From Lingula anatina (Eukaryota > Animalia > Brachiopoda): a DNA stretch of 64,000 nt. The notes beneath the pieces were generated by a model. It ran no database searches. It was not told the origin of the DNA and worked only from the letters and a program-made list of their open reading frames with translations. The translations under genes were made by a program, and so were the position numbers. Location: the NCBI GenBank assembly GCA_051362555.1, contig CM120641.1, positions 10,602,001 to 10,666,000 of the forward strand. The letters are read 5' to 3'. This document shows, in pieces, positions 1 through 12,800 of the stretch. How positions within the stretch are numbered: position 1 is the stretch's first letter; the number at the start of each line of letters is the position of its first letter.

Positions 1-78
1 GATTGTCCTAAATAATTAAAAGTTAATTTTTGACACCTTGACTTGACTGATTTACAAAATCAGTATTTTGGAATAAAA

Positions 79-113
<35 letters not shown>

Positions 114-1056
114 AAATAAAAAAACTCCAATACCAAACTAAAAACAATCTTTTCACAATGATGTAAACAAAAAACGGGTTTTACAAAACCTGTATCAGCC
201 CAGACGAATAATTTCTACATTTAAGTCTACTAACATTGGGAACGTTTATGGGTAACAATCAAAAAATGAAAAGGAATGTTTTCATAAAAAAAGCACCTAT
301 CTCACAGATTTAAATAGCCGTTTGTATATTCAAATTATTTCTCATTTTCATGTCAAAAAAGCCCCCGTCATCAATATTGATTTATCCCTATTAATATCTG
401 ACCCTACTCCTTGATGTCCCCATGATGTTAATACTTACCACCCTTTGCTGCAAGCAGAGAGAGGAAAGGAACAATGAACTATGAGTGGACAACAGTCAGG
501 ATATCGAATAGGGGGAACATGTCACTGAATATAATATTCACATGCCTTTCGCAAAATTACATTAATAGTGGCTAACCATTAAACATGCCTTTTAATTACA
601 ATTTCATTTCAATATTTGGTTTTTCAGTAAGTATAAAGTGGCACAAACTTTGCAGAGTAAAATAAGCATCACTATAAACTTTTTCAGTCCTTAAAAGTCT
701 GGAACGTAACTAGTCATACCAGCTCTTGCTCTAACCACATTAAAAGCAACTTTGCTAAAAACTGTGAAAAAAATTTCAAAATGAAAAACAAGCTAAGGAA
801 TGCAATGAATGCGAATTTCATTTTTATTCCCATGTCATTCAAAAAGGGATGCTTTAAGCGCAACACTTTATTAAGCAAGGAAGGGCTTGATGTATCTAGG
901 GGGAAAAAAGCACTGATCCCAAATTTGTAGTTGGTTAAAAGTCAAAATCTTTATATCTAACACACAAAAAAGTGTTCAGCCTAAATGTATGCCTGGAATT
1001 CATTTAAGCGAGGTGTTTTTTCATTTCACTATAGCAAGGGTATATTTTTTACTGTA

Positions 1057-3752
1057 TCAAACCTTGTCTGAAAGTCTAGGACCCTGTGGGGAGACAGAAA
1101 TGTTGCTCTGGAAGTAGCCATTTCACCATTCAACAAAGGGAACAAATACCATGCAGTTAGGTAAATAAACAGATGTAAGATGCAATGAATTACACTATGA
1201 AGCTAAATAAAAAGTTCTGGGATGTTTTCTTGCAGATAAAAATAAAACTTAAAAAAACTTCAAAACAAAAATTTTCTGCAGAAAAATGAAAATAAACCCC
1301 ACCTAAACCATTAAATGGACATGATTTTACGTGATTTTTACATACCAATCTTGCTGCTAACTGCTTGTTCTTCATGATTTCGCTCTCTAACTGTTTTTCT
1401 CTATCTGCCAGTTTGTGTTTAAGCTGAAATAACAACAATAACAATCATATATCAGAAATACTAAATGTTCACATTTTCATAAACTCAAATTATTCAAACA
1501 TATCCTTAATTGTCTTATAGCACTTTATCAATCTTAATCTTAGCAATATTATGAAGTTGCATCACTGAAGAGCATTTTTAGACCAAATAAACTGGCTTTG
1601 GAACGCCAAAAAAGCTTTTTATGAAACAAGTAAGATGCACATATAAGGCTTATTTTCACTTACACTAGAGCAGATGAGGAAAACATGTCATGCATAAATG
1701 CAATGTTATATACAATGCCTTGGTCTTTTGTTTTTTGACATCAGCAATAGTACACATCAGATAACCCACTCATAAACAAAGTATATGTGATGCCCACTTG
1801 TGCTTTGCACCCGTGTACATAACATCCATCTCGTTGAATTGTGGTGGATCTTTTACTTAACTCACCTGCTCCACCTCCCCAGCTGATACTCCTGCAGTCC
1901 CATTCTGAAACAATTTTAATGTAACCAATATTACAAGAACTTTCCTGGACCATGTTCACATCAGGAGTTATTTAGACTGGAAATGGATTTGATTACCCCC
2001 TTTGACAGATGTAGTGTACTATATGTCCCTGATGACATCAATTAGTCTTTTTTCAGTCAAAGTTAGACCTTATATGAACATGACCATGTATATTTTAATA
2101 GCAAGCATGTGTTAACTTTTGTTATAAGACATCAACTCATTATTTAACATAAAATATTAAAAATATATGCTTTTTATCTAATGAACACAACTATAAGCCC
2201 AGGTTACAGTGGGGTTACATGAAGGAAGTGGCACTACTGGAACAAGACTTAAAGCAATGGTTACAGTAAGCTGGGCACATGCTCACCATATCTAAATTTT
2301 GACCAAAAAAGCAATAAATAAGTAAATAAAATAATGAGAATAATCAGCCAAATAAAAATTCTAAGGCAGAGGAAATTGAAAAAAAAAAAAATTACAAATA
2401 AATCAACAAATCAAATAAATTCAAAATTATTATCTTTATAGATAATCACAACAAATCACTCTTTGTCACTGGCAAAACATCCATGTGCCAAAATAAGCCC
2501 AGTTAAGGCCATACACATAAAAGAGTTATTACTACTGTGAAGTCAAGACACTAACCATATTAGATGGGTTTTGTGGGATATCTTTGGGAGGGTCAACTAT
2601 TTCCCATTCAGACTGAGTCACCGCAAGCACAGTGGAAGTGTCCTAAGAAGCAGAAACTATTACAAGCAACACACAAGCACTTCATTCTAGTTTTTGACCT
2701 CATTCAACTCAATTGGATTAATAAATCAGCATTAATAAATATAATTCTGGATTTTCTTGGTCTAATAATTCCCATACACCAATTTCCTACGACCCAAATT
2801 CATGTCTTTTCTTGCCCCATCCCTCACACCCATATGCAAGACTACACCATCAATTTCTACAGCCCAAATGTTTTCCAGGTTATACATACTCTCAGTAGAG
2901 GTTTATTAGTGGATGGACTCTGCTAAAACACAAGTAAGAGGCATGCTGATAATGCACACAGACAGAAGCATAAATGATGAGAAAAAAAGCTCTAGCACTA
3001 TCTCTAGTCATGCACTACGCACTAAATTGAAGAAAATCATTACAGAGAAGAACTATTAAACTCATATGCTTAATTAATTGTATATAAGTGACAAATAAAA
3101 TATCAAATCTTATAAAATAAAAACTGTTTCTTTAATAAAGTTCAAAGTTAACCTCTTTCAAATATCTTTCATTATACATCACATGATACCACTTTAAGCA
3201 TTTGTATGCTGGCTAATTAACTGCAAAGCTATCTTACCTGGGTTTTTTCATTGACTTGCTGTTGTAATTTTTGCACTAATTCTGTCTCCTGTTTCAGAGC
3301 ATCTTGACCTATTTTCAATTGCCCATTAAGCCTAGCATTGGCAGTGGCTAATTCCTTCTGCTTCTTTTCATTTTCTTGAAGTTTCACTTTAAGCTCTTCT
3401 AATTGCTATTAAGCCAAGCATAAGAAGAAAAGATGATAATTCTGTAGATAATGAATGTAACTTGAAGTTGAAGATAAATTTCCCTAAAAAGTAAGCTTGC
3501 AGCAAGTTTAAAGCAATGAAAGGAAGTCAGGTAAAAAAATTTATTAGAACAGTGTACATAGGTAGTAGCACATAACTTGAACATAACACAGATTTAACAA
3601 AGAATTGATGAATATAACACATGAAAACTATGGTATCACAAGTAGAAAGCAAACTAACCTGCTGTGCTTCTTCAGAAATTGGAATACACTTTTTAACATC
3701 ACTCAGTTCTTGTTCCAAAGAAGAGACCTTATCCCTGGCCTAAAAAATTGCA

Positions 3753-3833
<81 letters not shown>

Positions 3834-6800
3834 TTACATACCAAATACTACTCAGATTTGACTGATTGCACTTATTAGTGATATAGTAATTTCTAACCCT
3901 CAAAAAAAGAAAGACTAATCTAATGAATTCAACGTACATGAAGAGGTAAATTAAGTATAGACACTTGCAATTACTGCCCATCATGTACTGTCCAGAATAC
4001 CCAAGAATACTCCAGAATACCCAAGCTAAAAAATTCACATAATATGCACTCTGTACCTGGTCCAGCTCCTGCTGTAACTTTTGCTTTTCACCGTTTGCAC
4101 CAGAGAGTTGTGATTCAATCCCAGCCACTTTCTGCTTCCACTTCCCTTCCTCGGACTCCACACTGCCCTGAAGCTTATTCAACATGGCTTCCTGAAAGAG
4201 TCATGCACATTATCTTATATATTTTTTCACTGAGAAAACAGCCCAATTATGAGTTACAAAGAAAGGTTTAATTTAGCCTGTAACCTACTAATTATCTGTC
4301 TGATCAAAAGAAGAGAGGTGAAATGTCTGAAAGTGAAACTTGGCTTGAAGAGATGGTTATGGCAATGGCAATAATGTCATCTCAAGATGGGAATTCACGG
4401 CTACATCTAAGGTACTAAATAAACCACATCTTTTAAAAAAGCTTAGAATGAACTCCAAAAATACTACTTACTGTTTCGTCTAGCACAGACTTATAATGCT
4501 GGACTTGGGACTGCAACTGGTCTTCCCTTTCTTGTGCTTCCTTTAAATCCTGGAATTTTGACCAAATCCTAACATTTTCCATCATGTAACACAAATTACA
4601 AGTTAATTTTTAAAATTCAAGTTACCAATATTTCAATTTTCATTTTACATGAATATTCTTCTTTGTGAATGTTGCACTTAAAAGTTTTTTTTTGAAAAAT
4701 CAACACTTTGTAAGTCACAACCTAACAAGGCCATCAAATTCCAAATTGTTAAACCAATGACTTCATCTTTACCTTGTTATCACTTGATGAGGATAAGGTA
4801 CTGAGATACTTTTTTACTTCTGTCTCAAAACTTGACATCCAATCTGAATGTGCCTGAAATAATAAATCAATCCATTTTATTGTCCCTTTTTACATATTTG
4901 GCAGCTTTATTTCAAAGTTACAAGAGAGGATAATTGTTTAAAAAATACATCAAAAACCTAAATGGAAAAAAAAACAGGTTTTGATACCTGTAATGACCAA
5001 GGAATTTTATCTACACCACGCTTTGTTTTCCTTACCAGTGACTGGTCAACTTTGACATCGGAGAAAATCCTCTGTAAAAGCTGCCTTAGTTTGGACTGCT
5101 CTCCTGAGACCTGAGCAGACAGTTTTTCCTGAAACCAGACAAGAAAAACATAAACCATATAGAAATACTCGAGACCCGAATACAATACAATACAGTACAT
5201 CCAAATGCTCACTGACATGCTTCTATTAGAAATAGGGATAAAAATCATCTGCACCTGATCAAAAAACAAGGGTCACATAGGGGGGTTAACAGCACTGGCA
5301 GGTCATTGGTGGTTTATCAATAATCACACCCTAGCTGTAATAAAGGTTAACACTTTTCTATTATAAAACATTAATGCATAATGGCTGATACGTGAAAAAA
5401 AAATGGTGAAAATCGGACAAAATTGCTTACAGATTCTTTTTTAGCTTGAGCTGCTAGTTTTTCTTGTACACTTTTTTCAGCACTATTCAGTGCCTCCATT
5501 GCCTTCCAATTCTTTTCTCTAAGTTCCTGGAAATCCAAGAGGTCTTTTAATAAAACTATGACCACTTTTAAACTAGTGGTTTAAAACACTGAGAATGAAA
5601 CAATATGTAAAAATCTATCTCCCAAAAATGCATTTCTAGTAAAAAAAAGTTTTAAAATGACAATACTCAAAAATTAGACAAAAAAAAAAGTACCAAATTC
5701 CTTCAAAGTCTTCTGTGGTCTACAAAATCATATGCCACATCAAATTCTCAAGTGACCGTTCAATGTTTCTCCAAAAATAAATCAATGCCATAAATGAGGG
5801 GCATCACAACACTTAAAAATATGCCATTTTAACTGCCCTTACATTATTTTTCTTCCGCTGAGTTTCTAACTCATCTTTAACTTTCTTAAGTTCAGAGTTG
5901 CTACCAACAGTCTCTTCTTGTTTGTTTTGTAGAGCCTGAAAACAATTAATTAGAGGCATTGAATATATCTTATGCTTTGTTTCCCTATATCTTAGATTTC
6001 ACATATCTTTATAACAGAAATAGTTTGTGACACTGCATGTCAAAAGGTCAAAAATACTCTTTATCAAACATTGGCACCTTGCCAATCTATATTTTTTCAA
6101 AGAATATATACAGCATATTGCAATTCACCATTAATATAAACAAAGAATGCAAGCAGCTACAATACTGAAATTCAAAAGCTGAAAAAGGAAAGCAGAGATC
6201 TATACAATGGATTACAAAAAAGGTAGGTAAAGTAAGCTGAACAGAAGTACATATAAATAATGAAATTTCCATGCAATAGAGGTATACACATGGTAAAAAG
6301 CTAGACATTTAGCAAAGTATTACATGTGGAGCATTTGGATGACTGAAAAATATTCAACTTAAAACATGTGACATTACATATGCATTACAATTAATTTAAG
6401 AAACAAATGCAAGGGATGGAAATAGTACAAAAAAGGCATTACCTGGGTCAACAAAACTGTTAATGAAACAATAACAAATCATATACATATTGAGAAAATA
6501 TTCGCATTTCTAATTTTCAGTTTTTTTTTTTTTGATCATTTCTCAACCACTCGTGATAAAGAGTAAGCTAAAATTTCAAATTACAAATTAAGTAAAAGCA
6601 GACTATCTGAAAATATCAATAACATGTTCATATTACATGCATTTTTAGAACCATGCATTCGGGTACATTGATCTCTAGACTATAGCATGAAGCATAAGAA
6701 TCCTTCCCTGTTATTTTCTTCATCTTAAAGCAGAAATAATACAGAGGCAGGCAGAATGATATTAGCCCAATTATCTTCACAAATAAATAATAATAAAATA

Positions 6801-9800
6801 ATAATAAATAATAAAATAATAAATAATTATAAACCAGTCAGCCTGTCAAATGAATAATGAAATCAAGTAAATACAGGACAACAACAACATGTAATCTTGT
6901 CAAGACAACATAAAGACATTTGCCCAGGTAAAAGCAGGGGCTCATACTTCAACGTGAGTGAGCTTACTAAAATGGTGACCAGTTGTGATCCCAAAGTGCT
7001 GGTTAGTTCATTGATTTGAGCTGCCTTTCTATCTAACTCCGACTGAAGTAGGAAGATTTGCTCAGAAAGCTCCTAGAGGCAATCAGAAAGAGAGAGAAAA
7101 AGAGAAAATGTGATATGCTAGAAGCAGAGTGCAGCCATTATTATCCAAGTTATCCAAATGGTGAGTGGTGTTATAATCTCTTTGAGAACATCAATGATGT
7201 TTTTTAATATTGTTTCATCGAATAATTTTTAAGACGAAAACAAATACTGGACTGATACTGAAACACCGACGTTAAGGAAAATAGCAATTCAACAGAATTC
7301 CACATGCAAAGCTCCGAAAGAACCCATTTGTTACCAAAAGCTGTTTGTGTATATATATTTTAGAACTAACTCCGTGTGTGCTTACACTGTTGACCTGTCT
7401 TTGCTTTTCCATTTCAACCTTGACTTGACCAACTTCCACTATATTGACATGTAACTCTGATGTGACTTTATGCACATCAACCGGGATACTTTCATAGTAA
7501 TACCCAGTAAGTTTTGGTTGTTGCAAACGAAGCTCCTGCAGGGAAAAAAGGGAGGGTTAGTTAGCAGTGTTCTGGCTTGTCAAGCAGCATGTGGTAGTCT
7601 GGTTAGGTCACCCCATGTCCCATTACCTAATATATATATTAATTATCATATGTCTAACACATCCATCAAAGCTAATAGCAAAGCACACATGGCCATATGT
7701 ACCCTTACATTATCTTGTGCTTTTTTATATAAAAAAGTCTTTTGTGTAATAGGGAATGTGACACTTTTTGTTTGTGTAAAAGACAGTAAAGGAAATTCCC
7801 TCAAACTATGGTCTTGAAGGGATGAGAACGGCTATCAGCATTTTGCCACAACCAACATATAGTCAATATGTGTATAGGAAACATAGGTAATAGGTAAACC
7901 CTGATGTTATTGCCACGTAAGAAATTGGATAGCTGAAGCCAATGATACTTGATACCTGATAAAGTATCAGTGTAACACCAGACATTACTTGACCACCAAT
8001 CAGAGAAAAGGTAACAAAATAATAACCAATCTTTAGCCACCTTGTAGATAGATAACTGATATTCAATACATGTTTACTCATGGGTTGAAAAGTAACAAGG
8101 TTTTCATGACTTGAATATGATATGATATGAAGGGCGTGGGAGTGGAAAGCGTCCAGGCACCAACTAAATTTTCACTAAGAGCCTTGCAACCTACAGTGTA
8201 AATAAATGCTACTAAGTGATTTCTTACATCATTCTGTTGTTTAAGCTCTGCTACAACTGATCTGAGGTCTTTGCATTCTGCCTCAAGCTCCTGTGAATAT
8301 TAAAGTTATTCATTCAACTTTTTTGTAAAAGATGTGAATGTCACTAATAAAAGAATCAATTACATCATAACCATCTGTATTATTTTTTACATGTCATTGA
8401 TTCATAAGAAGAAATTATTCCGTTCATAAAAAATATTGAAGAGATGTAAGCAATACATCAAGACCTTGAAATATTTAATACTATAGATGTGTACTTATGC
8501 ATATTTAAAATGCATATTAAAAAAAACCTTCCCTAAAGTTATCTTACATTGAACTCTTTATCAGCATCTGCCAATTGTTTGCGCAGCGTAGTCACTGCAT
8601 AAGTAGCATTATCCAGTTTTGCCTCAAGTACGAAGACTTCCTGATTGGTTGCAGACTCCCCAGATAACATCTTCCTGGCTTTCACAATAACTTCCTATAT
8701 CACAGTACAGATATCGTAAATATACTCTTCAAACAGATCATCCATCTGACTCTACAAGCTGCCTCTAGTCTACTAAGCTGCGTTTCTTATTTTCACTTCC
8801 TTATTTTCATATTGAAAATAAGAAAATAACAGAAAACACTTATTAAGAAAACAAAGTTCCAAGCCTTTTCCCAATTCACCCAAAGCTGCATACAAGCATT
8901 ATATAGTAATATGCATATATAGATATGATTAAAACAGGGGCATGACTAGTTATGCACTTTCTTTGATCTAAAAGGAAACCCAAACTATAAACCAGCATAT
9001 TTCTTACAGAAAGAAATGCCAAATTGGTAAAAGAGATACCTCAAGCAAAAGTAGGAGATTGAAATTATGTCACATCAGTCACTTTTCTATATTATTACTT
9101 GTTCAGTTCACTTCATCTCCATCAACCCAGCATGCAGTACAATTTTGATGTGGAATCAGTTAACTTAAAAACTGACTAACTCTAGCATCCACACCCAAAT
9201 CAACATGCACTGATTTGTCCTTTTTTTTTTTTTTGACATATCACATATCCATTATATTTAAGTGTAGTAAGGGTAAAAAGAAATCACTCAATCTCAAACA
9301 TTTTTCATCATTAAGGCAAAGTTACATTGAGAATTCACAATTTCAAAATTCATAAAAAAAACAATGTCAATGCTGTATATGTTCTGTTAACAACATGGAA
9401 CGTGTTGGGCATCAGGGATGGTATAATTGGAATTTACACAGAAACCAGCAGAAAAGCTAACACAGCAGATTCTGCATTACTACTGATTTTTCATAAACAT
9501 CAAATGTTTCTACACCCTTTTTGGTGGATTGAGAATATAAAGGGTAAGGGGGTCAATTTTTTAATATACAGACCAAAATAGTAAATTACATTCTAATCAG
9601 TGATCTGAGGATGATATAAGACTGATCCCCATGTAACACTTAAGTATCCTACTCAAAATATGAACAGGCCCTGTGATATAAAAACACAGACATTCCCAAG
9701 CATAAATTAATAAACATGCCGAGCTGAGCTTACTTCATTTGCTTTTTTCAAGGCTTCTACTTCTTCTGTCAGTCTTGAGATTTCAGCATCCTTGCTGGTG

Positions 9801-12800
9801 GTGTCAGGGGGAGACTGAGCCTGCTGTAAAGCCTAAGGCATATCACAGAAACATGGGTGTAAAGAAAAATTACAAAAGGAAAATCATCAATCTCAAATGT
9901 AATCAGTAAGTTTGGCCAATGCCTTTACGAATCGTATTTAGATTTTAGCTTACTCAAAGCCAGTATCAATAAAAATAACTAAACTTATCAAAATTCAATA
10001 CATAATTTTGAAATGCATCTATTACGTCTTTGTCACTGTAGAAATGTTTGACAGAGTAATTGGAAATGACAGATAGACATCCATCTTTGTAACACTTCAG
10101 ACAGAATGAGACATATGAAGCTGGTATGATACATTTTTAATGCAGTGTATCCAGCATCAACTCAATCAAGCATACAATTTCATATATACAGATTTGCTCC
10201 CCATGACCAGGTACTGGAAAGAACAATAAGAAAAGATACCAAAGGCCACCATGCAGGAAGTTTAACTTTGGGGACAATATTTACCTATTCTAGAAGAAAT
10301 TAATCCCACAACCACATTGTTACACAGGATTTCTACAGCACCAGAGTGTGTTATTATCCCAGTCCTTCCATTAAGCAAGTAAAGTCAGTGTCTTAATATT
10401 CAAGTTTCCATGCTCGTGTCTAAACATCATGCAAAAGCAGTTTGTAAACAGAGATGAATTTTTTTCAAGGCAGTGTGACTTTTCTCCACCCTCTCGTATT
10501 ACAACAGTTAGTCATGCTATCAATAAACAACTTAACAACTGATCTTCCATTTAGCCCCAGTATCATGCTATTTTCCTTGTATTGTTTTATCATAAAACAT
10601 GCAACGAAGCCCACAATTAACTTGCCCTAAATATCCACAATCAATATCTTTAACCATGCAGTTGGTGCTTATTTCTGACAGAGATACTGATGATTGAGAA
10701 AAAGCCCATTCCTAATATAGTCACCCATGCTTTGGTGTTAAGTAAACCTACATGCAGTTAATACATATGCATAACCACCAGGCCCTGGAATCATGCAACC
10801 ATGTTAGTTTGTTGAAGACATATAAAGTGAATATAGTTGTCCTGTAACATGCTTATTAAAAGAAACCCTTCTTACATCATTGGCTTGTTTCTGTTTTTCT
10901 AATTCTTCAGTCAGCCTGTTCAGTTCTGCTTGTATCACCATGGAGCGGAGATCTGCCTTCTCTTCCACAGACTGTTCTGCTTTGGTAAGGCTTTCACTTA
11001 ACTGAGCATTCTCTGCTACTAATTCCTGCCAAATGAGTTTAATATTGGAAATAAGATTTCAGCAAATACAAAAAAAAAAAAAAAAAAAAAAAAAAATAAT
11101 AATAATAATAATAATAATATAAAAAAGAATGAAAAAACAGCTAACAATCTTACATCAGCATCTTCAAAACTAAAAGAAATATTTTTGAATGCATCATGAC
11201 TACACTATACATAACTCCTGCTGAAAAAATCATGCTATTCCATACATGTTGCATATCTGAAAAAAGTAAGATGCTTAACCAGTTGAAAAAAGGTAACTCT
11301 GACAAAAATGTTTTTTCATAAAATTATTGCAACACCCCCCTCCTCTTCCAACAGCTGCCTCCCCAGACAACTGCTTTTCTAGAGAATTATCTACTGAATG
11401 ATATGTTCAGCTTACGTCCTGGTCTTTCTTCAGTGTGACTATCTCTTGTTTTAACCTCTCCATTTCTTCCACTTTGCTGGTGAGATTGTTCTCATTCACC
11501 TTTGCCTCTTGCAGAGAACTTTCTGCTTTACTTAGGGCATCTTCTGCTCTCGTCTTCTCATTTTGAAGATCCTTAAGCAATATAGATTTCCCATAAAAAG
11601 TTTATCCAGTTGAATGATTTTAGTTTTATCCATTTGTCTAAATTCTTTTAAATATGTAAGCTCACAATGGTAAAAGCATTTTTTTTTTCATAACTGCATT
11701 ACTGGAATTCTAATTTTCTTTTGACAAATGACTAGCTTGCTCATTTTTTAGCCTTCAAAGCACTTAGCACTGAGGACAAAAGTAAGTTCCCAATTGCAGG
11801 TATAACACTATGTTGCATGACACAGGGTAGGCTTCCTCTATCTATTTATAAGCATAATTGAATTTTCACTCTTCTCAAGATGTGACTGCTATCCAAGCTG
11901 ATAAAAACAGAAAACACAAGATGCATTATGAACAGCATTCCTGCAGAAAAACCAGACTAAGAAAAAAATAGCATGAAGTGTTGCACCGCGGAAGCCTTAA
12001 CTGGCTGTCCTGAGAGTTTACATAAGCTTCCTAATAATCATATATGATATGCAGTTAAATCCTTCATGTGGGTACTGAACTGTTTCATGCACTGACATTG
12101 ATTAAATGTAAATAGATTAAATATACAAAACATCAAATGCAGACTCAACAGTTTTCTTGAAATGTCATTACATTTATAAGTGCATCCCAAAAGACATGTT
12201 AAAACATAAGCAAGCCAGACAAGTTGATGTTTATCAAAGTCTGTATTTCCATCACCAAGCATACTGTTACAAAAGACAGAGGGTTCAGAGAAACTGGCAG
12301 CCGGGATCTGGAATAATTTTAAAATGTGCAGCAGTTCACACAGGACACTGAAAGTCTGGAGAAAGCAATAGTTGAATGACATCTAAAAAGGCACTCTATG
12401 CTGGTAAAAGTGATACATTCAAGATAGCTTATTAAGCCTGATAAGACAGCAATGAATGGTTAGGCGTAAGGCTGAAAGTTACAATGCTTCAAAACCTGGA
12501 AGAACAAATTAGCATTATGAGCAGAATAATGACTAGTGCACAACAGGCAGATAGCAGTGTGATTAAATACAGCAGCCTGAAGCCCTGGAAGTACGGCTCA
12601 GACTCACTTCATTAGACTTCCTTAAGGTTTCAACCTCTTGCTTTAACTGGACCATTTCGTTGTCCTTGCCCTCCAGTTCTGCCAGGAGAACCTGGAGCTT
12701 TTCAAGAGCTTGCTGCACATTCAGTAGGTCTTCTGCTGCCTTCTGCTTTTCTATCAAAAGTTCCTGTCCATGAAGATAAAAAATCTTTACCTAATTTCTG

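Noticed and set aside
6443-6456. 14-nt AG/GT-flanked segment (TTTTGTTGACCCAG) as a poison microexon
   Set aside because: Not frame-preserving, has an immediate stop and lacks supporting motifs; indistinguishable from chance.
12038-12382. 114-aa minus-strand ORF with in-frame acceptors inside the kinectin array intron, as a possible alternative terminal exon
   Set aside because: Not coiled-coil-like, Cys/Phe/Leu-rich as expected for translated intron, and no homology recognised.
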